64,000 nt of DNA, taken from positions 1,984,001 to 2,048,000 of the forward strand of contig JAYWIR010000025.1 of NCBI GenBank assembly GCA_036172245.1, given 5' to 3'. A program made the translations under genes and the position numbers. The notes under the pieces are model-generated. The model was not told where the DNA came from, did not search any database, and was given only the letters and a program-made list of their open reading frames with translations. Origin of the DNA: Raillietiella orientalis (lineage: Eukaryota). Below, in pieces: positions 52,500-64,000 of this stretch. Position 1 is the first letter of the stretch. Every line of letters begins with the position of its first letter.

Positions 52500-53700
52500 A
52501 CACCTCCCGCATTCCCGTGAACGGTGTCACAGCACCTGGGAAGACCTGATGTGGGTGGGCGAAATGATGGATTCTCAGGGCAACCCTGTTAGGGTTTGCA
52601 CTTTTCATGCCGAGACTCCTCGGTACATACTACTTCCGGTTGCTACTCCTGAAGGGAAGAAGGAATTCCTCTCCCCTGCCTAGGGGTCGTCCCGATCGCA
52701 AGTTCCCCCACTCCTAACGATTCGCCGTGTGCTCATATCACATCGAATGGACCGGTGAGCAGTAGTGGGGCACCAAGCGCGATTTCCGCCCGCGTCCCAG
52801 ATTTTTCCTCTTGGACCCATAGTTTAGCCTTTGAGTCCACTCTCCGTAGATGGATCCAGAGGCTGAAATTACTGAAGCTCGGATGAGCATCGCGTACGTG
52901 AGCAACGTACGCGTATTCACACTGGCGACGTCTGAGCTCGGAGTGAGACTGTTAGCTGCTTTCCTAATAAGGGTGCACACGAAGCATGAGCGGACCTCGT
53001 AGGGCAGTTTCCATGCCCGACGAACGCATCTGACCGCTGAACTCAAGAACCGGGGCGCGGAAACTTAGAAATGCCTCTCTCACCTCTTGGCCTGTCCTGA
53101 GGACCAGAGAAACCGTTCGATTGATGGGCAAGGACCAGCACGCGTCCTAGCGTGAGTGAACAAGGCGGTGCTGCCAGCTTCCCCTTTTACCGATGACCAC
53201 GCAGACGTCTGCGTAAACCCTGATCTGACAAAATTGCACTCCAGCCCAGCTCAAAGCCAAAGCGAACGTGCCTAACGGGGGTTCTGCAAGCCAGCGTGGC
53301 GAAGGAAACAGCAGTACGGGGTTACTCTGTTCCCAATCCTTGAAAGAAGGATACCTCTTCGAGAAGTGCGCGCTGTGGCAAATGACTCATGAGCGCGCAC
53401 TGCCTTCCGCGAACGGTGAGGCGAGCCACTGTCTGCGCAGCATGCGTTGAACCGTACGCACCATCACACGGTAGACCGGAGCAAATGATTCGGAAACCAT
53501 GAAGCGGACTCAAGATGGAGTCCTCTTTCACAGTTATGCTGTGATTGTCTTCTCTGGAACTTGCTTCTTCGTTGCTGGCAGACGGGATCCTGTTAGGACG
53601 AAGGAGTTTTCGATTAAACGTGTAACGAGGCGTACCCCTTCCCACGCTCGACTGATGAGATTCCTTATAGCGACTCTTTACTCTACCAAAGAAAAACCGA
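52500..53700 (+). mobile_element. 5' fragment of R2-like element
   Basis: HDV-like fold at the start; CSQS...HE...H zinc-finger-like segment and PVRTKEFSIKRVTRR Myb-like segment. Confidence 0.35.
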
Positions 53701-55599
53701 GTCTTCCTCCTATGACCTAGGTGGAAATGCGGTGCTCAGGGCGGGCGACGCCACTCTCTGCACTTGGGGCAAACTGTCTGGACTCTCTCGTTCGGGATTT
53801 GTGCGCTGGAGAATCGCCTTGCGTCGAACTGACTCTCGAGGAGGAGGTTGTTTTGGAAACGGGCGGGAATGAGGGAAAGTGAGCTCATCTCTAGGGACAC
53901 TCGAACCCACGCGGGCAGCTCTCGACTCGACAAGCTCGGAACACAGAGTGTCAAGCTGGGTGTCAAGCCCTCAACCAGACTCGCAATGGGTTGTTGGCGA
54001 CGGATTGCCCGTGTCGAGCGGCAGGGAAGCCGCACGCTCGCTTGAGAGTTTGCCTGACGACGAGGCACGCGCTGAAAGCGCCCCACGATTTGCGGGCACG
54101 TGCAGCTGAGCGGAGCCGCCACCCTGCTGGAAGCAAAAGGCGGTGGACCGCATCGCTTGGGGACGCGTACTGAGAGAGCAGGATATGGTGAGACGAGCAG
54201 TGGCAAGGTGAAGAGTTGCATGGCAAGGGGAAGACTCTGCAGTCTTAACTTGGTTTAGACTGGTGAGTATCCCGCTACTCAGCAATGGGAATACATCCAT
54301 TGGTTTGCGCTGTTGGTGCTGAAGAGATTATGCTCGGAGTCATCCGTTTCTTCCTGAATTCACCTTGTTGTGGCTTTCTCTTTAAGCTCACTGCGAACGC
54401 AAAAAAGTGTCACACAGTTGTACCCGGAGCGTGATTGTCTTTTTCCGTTGCCTCGAAAACCCCAGTCTCTAGATTTCTGGGGATTCTCATGTCATTCCTA
54501 ATGTTCATCACCTCATTTAAGCTTCCTCTATGGAAGTGACAGTCATCCCTTCGTGAAGGCTGCATCGTTATTCCCTTTCCTCTGTACACTCTGGACTCCT
54601 TCAATGCATACGGATTTCATTATAAAATAATAACAATAAAGAGCACTTATTCTTCTCCTATGAATAACAAATTACATCTTCGAGATCGAAACCCATTAAG
54701 AAATGCCTTCTCGAGTTCTCTCATCTCTCAAAATCATCTGCATAGGACGACTCCGCTTGCTGTGAAAGCACAGAGGACCGCTTTTCACTAATTACAGAGG
54801 AGCTCCTGGGCTTTCAGCAGGAAGAAAAAAAACTTTATAGGCACCAAAACGCACAGAAGTAGAGGAAGACTTCTTAAAAATGAACCCTGTGGAAATGGTC
54901 TCCTTCTTGCAAAAGTTTTTCGGAAGCATCACGAGCAAACCGTGGACGCACGGAACCTTAATCTACGATGCTCGTTTCAAAAGTAATGGCCTATCGGATA
55001 TAAAGAAAGAACAAATAAGGGAACCGAAAATGTAACTTTGAAATCTTCTATATTCATGCGCAAACAAAGGTCATTTGTGTTTCGTTGCTCCTGCTCGTAA
55101 ACATCTGCAAACAGTTGCGTTAAACACTCTTAGGAAAGAATAGTGCAAACGTTGTGGATCGTGTAGTGCATTCTGGATAGATCAGACGAAGAGTTCCAGA
55201 AGTCTGTTTGCATTTTGGATTGATAAGACACCCACTATGTTGAATGCCCCTCGACTCCGTCAGAGAAACTCAGTCAATCATCCGAATTCGCTGTGCAATT
55301 CGGAGCTGCTCCTCTTGAACAGGAAACGGAGGTAGCAAATCAGAAGAGTAGGCTGCGTCGCCACGTGTGCCATTTGCACTCCCAGGTCGCAGCAATCCAG
55401 TTGCATGCTGCTGCAGGCAGCAAACACCCCTCACAGTTTGCTGCGCTTCCCGAAAACGAAATTTAAGACTCCCCATGCCTCAATGAAGAAACAGATCCGG
55501 CAAATGCAGCCAAAACACGAGATCGCACTGACAGCAAAACAGCGAAACGCACACTGCTAGAGAGAGCGAGACGCCGGCAGCATCAATCTCAGAGATCTC

Positions 55600-56870
55600 T
55601 CCCGCCGCGTTTTCATTTTCGACAGTGGTGGCAAGCGGGACTGTCTCACAGCCCTGCTCCCTCGAGCTTCCTGCATGGGACGGCGGTGAATTCCTCGACA
55701 GGGTGGATTCGCTCATCCTAGCAAGGCGTCATCAACATTTAGGCACGCTTTCGGACCGTTCATCTCGACCTGGCCATCGGCATGTGCATGATGCAACTTG
55801 TGAAAAGAGGAAGCGCTCCAGGGAAGCGGACTCATCCATGACGAAACAATTGGTCTGCTTACTGCTCTTCCCGCCTACTTCGAGAGGAAGCTACGACCTC
55901 AGGTGAGGCACATGTAGATGAGCGTCCGGACACTTCCGGTTAGTTCCCGCTCCCTGAGGGAACATATGGGCAGCAGCCTGGCGGACAGATGGGAGCTTAG
56001 TGTGGAAATCTCCTTCAGAAGAAAAGGACTTGGCGAGTGAACGACAGGCCAGCTCACGGACGCTGCAATTCCGAGTGCCCCCCCCTCGAGGACTTTTGCT
56101 CTGGAGCCAGATACTGGGTATTCTTCCTGAGGGAGACCTGTAGTGGCCCACAGTGCTTTTGGACAGACGCACCCTTCCCCTGAAGTGGTGGGAGTCTGTG
56201 CTGATGCTGTTGCAGTGGGGTCTCCCATGCAACGCCCGCCGGCATCATTGGACACGAAGGGGGGGGGAGGATGGACCCGAACTATGGCAAGTATGGGGAG
56301 TGAGGATCCCACCTGAGCCTGCTTGTGGATTGTGCTGCTCTCCAGACCCCCTGAGAATGCTTTGCCGCGACCCTAGGAACCTCCGGCGGCAAATCCAGGG
56401 ACTCTTTAAGACCCCTCTTCGTCCGCGACGCTCTTCGGCCAGCAGACTCGTTAGCAGCATTGTGCTGGCTGCGCGGGATCGAAGCTTCCCGGAGCCACAC
56501 GAGAGGAGGACCGAGCGACAGGGATGTCCACTTCGCCGTCCGATTCACGAGGATGCCAACGAGATGGTCCCACCTGAACAACTCTAATCAGCACGAGCTT
56601 GCCGGCACCCTACGGAGGATGAGAGGACCTCCCCAGCAGAACGTGATTTCTTCCCTCACTCCCCCAAATTTGTTTACTTATTTTTATTTTTGTCTCTTTT
56701 TTGTTTTCTTTTTGTTTATCCCTATGCAGACCGGCGAGGTCCTCTCTGCTGCCGCCGCGGACCTCGCCGGTCTGCAAACCGATAGTGCGGCAGGTTTGCT
56801 CTGAAAAGGACGTGACTGGACCACCGGTCCAACCACAGAGATTCTAAATGCTAATTTTTTTATGTACGAA
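55600..56870 (+). mobile_element. 3' part of REL-type non-LTR element
   Basis: WGLPCNARRHHW...CGLC; 3' UTR homologous to 41440-41630. Confidence 0.5.
56725..56776. repeat. Perfect 18-bp inverted repeat, 16-nt loop
   Basis: TGCAGACCGGCGAGGTCC...GGACCTCGCCGGTCTGCA. Confidence 0.95.
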
Positions 56871-58109
56871 ATAAATGCCCCGGAGCACCCGGGTGACAAT
56901 CCAGTTAGTTCCCTCGCTTTCTGACCAACCTGTTCCAGAAGTCGTTCCTCCACACCTTTTTCGTATGCTCCATTTTCTTTTTCTTTCATTAGATGCTAAG
57001 ATCCAGTATCTACGAAATGGCTATCACGGAAGCAGGCGGCTGTGTTTTCAACATTCTTTGCGAGTTGTCCACTTTTTTGGGATTCTTTAGGTAGTTTTCC
57101 CAATTCGAAATTTTAGAATTCAGCAGCCGGAAAATTTGTTTTCAGTTTTCAATCTCCAGGTCTACCTAAGTTCTTTGTGCATCCCGTGTCGGTTCATGCA
57201 TCAGACACTCCTGCCCTTGCCAAGCGAAACAGAAACTCTTATCCCGAGACTAGCAGACCGCATGCCTTAATTTTAAGGGTACGTACATGTCTTCCCAGCA
57301 TTTCGAAAAATGTTCCAGGAAGGATTTCAAACAGGAAAGAGGAAAAAAAAAGTCTATCGAACAGTGATCGTATAGATATAGAAACGTAGAACCTCCGTAA
57401 TAAAGCAAAATTTGAAAATATTCCAGAAACTAGTTCCCACGCTCGTGAAAATGATATACAAAATGCAGTACTCATTATATAATTAATTTTTGCACTATGA
57501 GGTATTTATTAAAAAGAAGGAATATGAACAATACAAAGGGAAAGCAGCACGAATCATAAAGACTTTTTTTTTGATTCATATCAATCCCAGGAAATTCGTT
57601 GACATCTCAAGATTGCTGATTTAAATTTATCGATAAGAACTCCAGCAGCTTTCCTTTCCTGCCCTTCCATGATCAGAGTTTCTGCACCCAGTTTCCATGT
57701 GTTGCAAGCGAGGGAACGATCAGTCCCCCATTTCCCCTTGCAATAGAAGACAGGAGCACCAGGCAGGAACAAGGAGGGCACGCTACCCACGCTGGGTGCT
57801 GCTGTTGGTAAATGCAGGCAAATAATGGAGAGTGAGCAGTCATTTCTGACAGAAGAGTCCGTGGAATGGTGGTAGCAGGTTGCTGGAGGTACCACCCCCT
57901 ACTAAGAAGATCCGCGTTACAGCTGCTGAGACAAATACGTAAAGAGCAAGCAATTTTCCGAAACCAAGCCTTATTAATATGGCATTGGATAACTGACTAG
58001 CGAACTACATCAGCGGCTTCAGAACCTCACGCCATAGATGTTTGATTTTAGATTTAAGGATTCTTTAATGATAAGCTTTCTAAACGCTCGCATTTGTGGA
58101 AGCAAGGTT

Positions 58110-58200
58110 TATATATATATATATATAGACATATAACTTATTACTATATTTCACCAGATATATATAGATAGATAGATAGATATGCATGTATGTATGTATA
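58110..58200. repeat. Compound (AT)n/(GATA)n/(GTAT)n microsatellite region
   Basis: Read directly. Confidence 0.85.
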
Positions 58201-59765
58201 TTGTCACGGCAGATCTGGTGAAAATATAGTAATAAGTTATGGACTATTTCTGATTATTGCAGATTCTGAGGAGTTCTTGAAAATAATTTCTGGTTCCAAT
58301 ATAATCATAGTAATTTTATATTCCTCAGTCTCTTCAAATCTTCAAGAATATTTCAAAATGGTTGATAGAGACGGTAGACAGTCTGCGATATGACCCTGAA
58401 TGTAGCTCTCCTTTGAGAGTTCATTGCATGATTCATCCGTACATTGTACGATGTGAGGTTTACGACATATAAAGATAAGATGGCTGCTCTTACAATTAGG
58501 AAGATATCAATTTGATTGAAGATGACTACTTCTAATGTTAAGTTCTCTAGTGGGTTTAAATGTGAGCCATGATGTGTCCCGTATCTGATCTTATGAGAAA
58601 GCTTTCGTTGAAATAAAAACAGGAAGCCGATATCAAATGAATATAGGTTTCATAACCAGGAATCAATAAAAGTCATGACTTTTAAAATCGTGTTATAAAC
58701 AATGATAAATATGTAAAGCAAAGTAGAACATTATTAAAAAAGAAAAAAACGGTTATAATTGCGATTGGACGAAAGAGTTAGAAAATGAGATTCATTCCTT
58801 CAAGGAGCATATTGGACAATCTCCTCACCACAAGATGGAGAAAGGAGAAAAAGAAATTTGAAAATCTATCTGTGAGAAATGACTGAAAAACAATTATAAT
58901 GGGGGGAGGGAATACACTCGATAGTAATGACAATTACACATTACACATATGTAATTATCGTCACTCAGTAGGAAGCAGATTTTTTTTTTTCTGGATTGCA
59001 CACTATCTCATCGTGAGCTCCTGAAAGAACAGATAAGCTCCAGACTTCATTTGTGGGAAAAATATACAATCAGTATGCATGATAATCCGGCAGTGCATAG
59101 ATAAGTGAGGAAGAGAATTTTGTAAGTAATCAAGGCGAGGTTCTTTCATCGCACGACCGGACGAAAGGATTAGTGCATAAAACTAAATGGGAATGCACGG
59201 TTTGGAATGTTACATTAAAGTGCTCTGGGGACAAAGCTGAAAAGAAGATTCATGTTGTTTGGGAAATGTGATCCATCTACCCATCCCAATTATGTGATGA
59301 AAAAGAAATTGGATTTAGACGTGCCCACTGGTTTAATGGAAGGCAGCTGAGGTCCACCAAGTAAATTCAATTTTCTTTACATTGAAATGCAAGGAAACGA
59401 AGTGAGGTAATGAGAACTGCACCAGGAAGTGATGGAATGATTACGAAATGATTACGAGCCCGAAGATGCTCAATTACTATTACTGCCGTTCATTAACGAT
59501 ATTATCAGGCTCTATTTCACGGCGTTGCTAGTATTTATGACTGTAGTAATTGATTTTGAAATACGCAACTCGTAATGGCACGGAAATAGTAGTAAGTAGG
59601 TTTTAGTACTGGAGGCAAAAAGTCTGAATGACAATTTGCCCTTGTGACGGTTTTTGCGCCGAATTCAGTGGAAAATAATTGTTAGGGCATTTGCTGGTTT
59701 TCGAAGACCAATCGTACTTTTTCAAAGCCTTTCCTCGATATACTCTGCGTCTGCTTTGTACAGTC

Positions 59766-59850
59766 ATGTCGTTAGTGTACACGAAAATCATTTCCGTGTG
59801 TGATAAGTTTGTACCAACCAAATTCAAACCTTTCTGGAATCATCCAGCAG
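59766..59850 (+). CDS. MPC2: Mitochondrial pyruvate carrier 2, exon 1
   Basis: ATG...MSLVYTKIISVCDKFVPTKFKPFWNHPA(G), donor |gtatct, phase 1; WNHPAG is characteristic of MPC2. Confidence 0.93.
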
Positions 59851-60174
59851 GTATCTGATTACCACGTACCAGTTGCTCATTGTTTTTATTATTCATATAT
59901 TTATCGAAATATCGTATAAACTTGGCTAGTTGTTAATAAGAATGAATCCTGGAGCAAACCGATCGAAAAATCAGCTCCTTGTGAATCGATACTTGTTTCA
60001 AACGCGGTTGTTTTCTATGAGTGTCGAACGTTTGCAGAATTCCCAGGCATGAGACTGTGTATTCAAAACGCATTTTGAATGCATAAGTGAAATGATGAAA
60101 ATGCTGATATGCTAAAAATCCACTTACTTGCATTCTTTATTAAGATTGGAATAACAGCGGCTTTTGTTTTTCAG

Positions 60175-60215
60175 GTCCAAAGACGATATTTTTTTGGGCA
60201 CCAACATTCAAATGG
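60175..60215 (+). CDS. MPC2: Mitochondrial pyruvate carrier 2, exon 2
   Basis: Acceptor ttttcag|, (G)PKTIFFWAPTFKW, donor |gtatga. Confidence 0.95.
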
Positions 60216-60262
60216 GTATGATTCAATGTGTGAAATGAATGCATAAGATCAACTGTTTCTAG

Positions 60263-60459
60263 AGCTTGGTCATTGCTGGTATTGGAGACATCGCCAGGCC
60301 TGCTGAGAAGCTAAGTGTTAGTCAATCCAGTGCTTTAGCTGCTACAGGAATTATTTGGTCACGCTATTCTATAGTTATTGTTCCAAGAAATTGGAACTTG
60401 TTCAGTGTAAACTGTTTCCTTGCCTTAACAGGATGCTTTCAGTTATTCAGAATTTATCG
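60263..60459 (+). CDS. MPC2: Mitochondrial pyruvate carrier 2, exon 3
   Basis: After a 47-nt intron (tttctag|): SLVIAGIGDIARPAEKLSVSQSSALAATGIIWSRYSIVIVPRNWNLFSVNCFLALTGCFQLFRIY(R). Confidence 0.96.
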
Positions 60460-60503
60460 GCAAGTCAATTCATTGTAGACAGCTTAATGAATTACTTCTA
60501 CAG

Positions 60504-60537
60504 GTATCATCAGCTACAGAGTGCAAAGTCCACATAG
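60504..60537 (+). CDS. MPC2: Mitochondrial pyruvate carrier 2, exon 4 (after probable GC-AG intron)
   Basis: 44-nt intron gcaagt...ttctacag; gives RYHQLQSAKST*, like the RYNQ... ending of animal MPC2; total CDS 357 nt (118 aa). Confidence 0.75.
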
Positions 60538-60629
60538 CAGTGCTCTCATCTATAAAAGTAATACACAAATACAACTCTATGGGAATTGGAAGTGTAAACT
60601 TTATCCTGTTGAGTTTAGCTTAAAGACAT

Positions 60630-60635
60630 AATAAA
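60630..60635 (+). promoter_or_regulatory. Candidate polyadenylation signal of MPC2
   Basis: AATAAA ~90 nt after the stop codon. Confidence 0.5.
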
Positions 60636-63600
60636 GGCTCATACAATAGATAATATTAAGGTAGTAACCCTAACTATTATGAAAATAGTTGATGCTTGAA
60701 TCAGTTAAACAACCAGTCTTTTATTAGTGATCGTATGCACTTTCCTTAACATACAAACAATTGTTTTAAGATATATTTTCAGGTTTAATTTTTAAATGCA
60801 CTAGAAATTTCAAAATTAATTAGCACCTGAGACAGATTACTATTGATTATAAATTTGTGGATACAAGCAATGAAAAGCATGCTTGTTTACAGAGACCAAG
60901 CAAGTCAAAAAAGTTGCATCACATTAAGTGTTTGTGGACCAAAGTTCAACCTTTTGAACATACGAATTTAGTTGGTGATGTACGTTGGACAGCAAGATTC
61001 ATGAAAATCATGTGCACACATTCATTTTTGATCAATACTCCATTTTTGTGAACTAAATCTTATGGAGAAATAAACTGTAACAGTTTGAAAAACATTTTAA
61101 TTTAAATTAATTCCACAACTGTGCGTGATATTAATATGAATGTGAAGTAAAAAGTTAGTCTGACTAAGATTGGCATGACAAAGCAAAAAAAAATTTTGCA
61201 TCCATTCAGAAGCTTTTAATTTTAAATTTTTGTCATATAAGTCAGGAAAATTATTCACATTGACATTCATACGCTTGGCTGCAACAATTAACTTTTTTAC
61301 TGCAACTTTTTTGATCTATTCACTGCATCAGGATTCTGATGTTCTCAAATCTGAAATACCTAACTTCTGTGAAACCTTAATTGATTTCAGAATAATAAAA
61401 TCTAAACAAAAATACACAGACAGTGGAGAATACATAGAACTTATCTCAACTCATCATATATATAATCACTATTGAAAACTGATATGAATACACCACATAT
61501 CCAATCAAGATACATCAATTGCATGTGCATCCTATCTGATCCGTCTCCTGTTCATTCTATCCACTTTCAAAAATGGGAACTCAAACAGACAAGTAAGCAC
61601 ATCTCCGACTGGTTATTTGAATGCATGTGCACCTTCAAATAACTCGGTGTAAATGTGATCATGAAATTTTTTGATCCAAAACTATCATTTTCATAATTTA
61701 AATGTGGATAACACATTTAAATTGATCCAGTTAAACTATTTGAAAATCTAATTTTCGATTCTTCATTTTCACCAAATTTTCCGTAATTTGCATAGTCAGG
61801 ATTTTTCAGTTTTCAGGGCAAAAATCAGGACTTCTTTATCAGAAATAACTTCTCATCGTAATCATATTTTGAGGATGATCTTTGTTACCACATGCACCAA
61901 ATCACAAAACATGTACGACAACAAAGTTCCTGACAAACTATGCCTCGCAGACCATTTATAATTAATCTACATAATACAATTTGAAGCTATTGTATGGGTA
62001 GATCCCCCAATTTACGTCATTTGCTGAAGTGCCAACCTGAGCTTGGAGACGATGCTACTACACTTTGAGAGGGAAGAGCATACTCGCCAAAGTTGCAAGT
62101 TCTTTGACTGGTGTAAATCCATTATTAAAACAAAAATGTGGTACCAATTAATGGAAAGTAGACTTTTTGTTGAAACTAATGAAACCAAAGTATTTCACGG
62201 AACCCTCTCTGTTAAACGCTTCTTACAGAGTCCTCCAATTTTATTTGTAAAAATCATGGATTTGAATAAATTTTCCATGCAATCCTTTTTTAATATTAAA
62301 CATTCTTGAAGAGCTCAGGACAGTGATCAGGTCGCTCCTGATAATTTCAAAGCATTTTTTTTAGCGATCTCAGAAAGTTTCCACATTTGTAAATAAGTGC
62401 TATCAATTTCATATTTCATAAAGCTAGACTGTATAGATTATAAGTATTTACAGACACTTGTACATAAATTTGATGACGCCAATTTCGAAGATGGTATTCA
62501 GATGTTCTACTACATTTGCTTTTTATAGTCATCTGATGACTGATGAACCTTAGAACTCTTTTGATAATGTGGATAAAAAAGATTGTGGGGCTCAAATTTC
62601 CCGTAAAGACGTAAATTCGAATTGATACGCTACAAGTTTTCCGGATGAAGAATATTATTTTCATTATGTCTCATTTAATGCTGGTAAGGAAACCAATTGC
62701 TGCAGTAACTGTTTGTAGGAATCCTTTTTTCAGATTGTTGCAGTTTGCTTCTTAGTTGAAAAGTTATGATTTACGTATGAAATAATTTGAGCTTCTTTAC
62801 TCAGAATCCCAGAGTTTGTCATGAAACTTTAATAATTGTAAATTACAGTTTACATAATAATAGGACGAAAGTCGAGAGTCATATCCCCAAAACTAAAATA
62901 AATCGATTAATCACAATTGGTATTAGTCTTTCACAAAGTAACATCATACGAAATACTAAAGTTTCAAACCTTTTCAGGAGTAGCAAACAGTTTTACAATT
63001 CATATTAAAAAAGCATGACACATCAGCTTGTTCATTCCTGTACAAGTGTTTTTCTTTGGAGCAATGAAAAAAATTTGCGAAATTGTTTGTGACATCAAGT
63101 CTCGATGTTTCGTACATTGATGAGACATGCAGATCAAGCAATTTTAAGTTCCTACTTGAAAAAATTCTAAACAATAATTGTACGCACTGTTTCCTACTTT
63201 GAGATTTCTAATTCCATATTGAATACTTCCCTGATAGATTTTTTATTTTTCTCATCCACTCTACTTAAATGATATCTGCTTATCTGTGATACTTAGAGCT
63301 AAGTGATTTCTCATTTCTCTATTGACTACAGAGTGGCAGGTATTTGTTCGAGGACACTTGCAATTAAAAAATACGATACTAAAAAAGAGTGTAATTTGAG
63401 GAATAAGTTAAGAGATAACTAAAAGTGCAGACGTTGAAGCGTTTCCGATTTCTATCATCATGAGAAACTTAGGGAATTATTAGCCAAAACAATTTATTCT
63501 TCTTTTTAGAGCACTTTTAATTAGTTAGAAAGTAATATGTGATGACTTAGATGTAAGAGCAGTAATTGTCAACAGTATTTGAAAAGTACAAGTATGCATC

Positions 63601-64000
63601 TAGAAACTGTTGATTCTTTGAAATTCGCATTTCTTCTTTGAAACCTATTCGATAATTATGAAATACAAATGTAATCATTGAAGCATGTACCCTAAATGTT
63701 TTGGTTGTTAATATCCTTCCCTTGCCTAATTTAGCAATTTATTGTTGATTGGAAACTTCTCGACAGAGCTTGTTTTCTGAATTTCACGTGATTCGAAGTC
63801 ATGTCAGCAAAGAAATTTTTGTATTACAGATTTTCTTTATTAGGAAAAAAATATCTATTCAAAAAAATCCTTAAATATTTCTCCCAAGTTCAAAAATGCT
63901 TAGTTTGTACGACTTGAATCGTAAGAAATATTAGTTATAGAAGATCACGAATCTGTGAAGGAAAACACTGATGTTGAAAATCATCTTATAAAAGTTAGTT

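Noticed and set aside
56920..56989. First coding exon MKEKENGAYEKGVEERLLEQ of the minus-strand gene
   Set aside because: No family similarity and a weak donor; cannot be linked without transcripts.
58202..58466. Solo LTR (TGTCACG...TACGACA)
   Set aside because: Flanks ATAT/TATA do not form a clean TSD, it adjoins an AT microsatellite, and there is no second copy or poly(A) signal.
60850..64000. Additional gene downstream of MPC2
   Set aside because: Stops in the frames examined, with no recognisable domain or consistent exon chain.
1..64000. CRISPR arrays, operons, prophage, rRNA
   Set aside because: No regularly spaced repeat-spacer arrays or rRNA signatures; spliceosomal introns show the DNA is eukaryotic.

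Overview
Eukaryotic (invertebrate, arthropod-like proteins) genomic DNA, not prokaryotic. Two host genes can be supported. (1) A minus-strand multi-exon gene for an AIP3-domain protein of the SRCIN1/KIAA1217/Drosophila CG32809 family, with seven phase-compatible exons between 2898 and 17150 plus weaker candidate exons at ~30 kb and ~1.4 kb. (2) A compact, complete plus-strand MPC2 gene (59766-60537, 4 exons, probably a GC-AG last intron). Most of the first ~57 kb is decayed transposable elements: non-LTR retrotransposon fragments (several of restriction-like endonuclease, REL, type, some with possible Ulp1-protease, zinc-finger/Myb and 5' HDV-like ribozyme remnants), hAT, Tc1/mariner and piggyBac transposase pseudogenes, and a pogo/Tigger-type MITE. 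The most interesting feature is a six-copy SINE-like family with a tRNA-type head, a conserved HDV-ribozyme-like nested double pseudoknot, and a tail of tandem hairpin units. All homology and structure calls were made by eye; boundaries of decayed elements are approximate. Almost all ORFs in the supplied track are spurious GC-rich frames.
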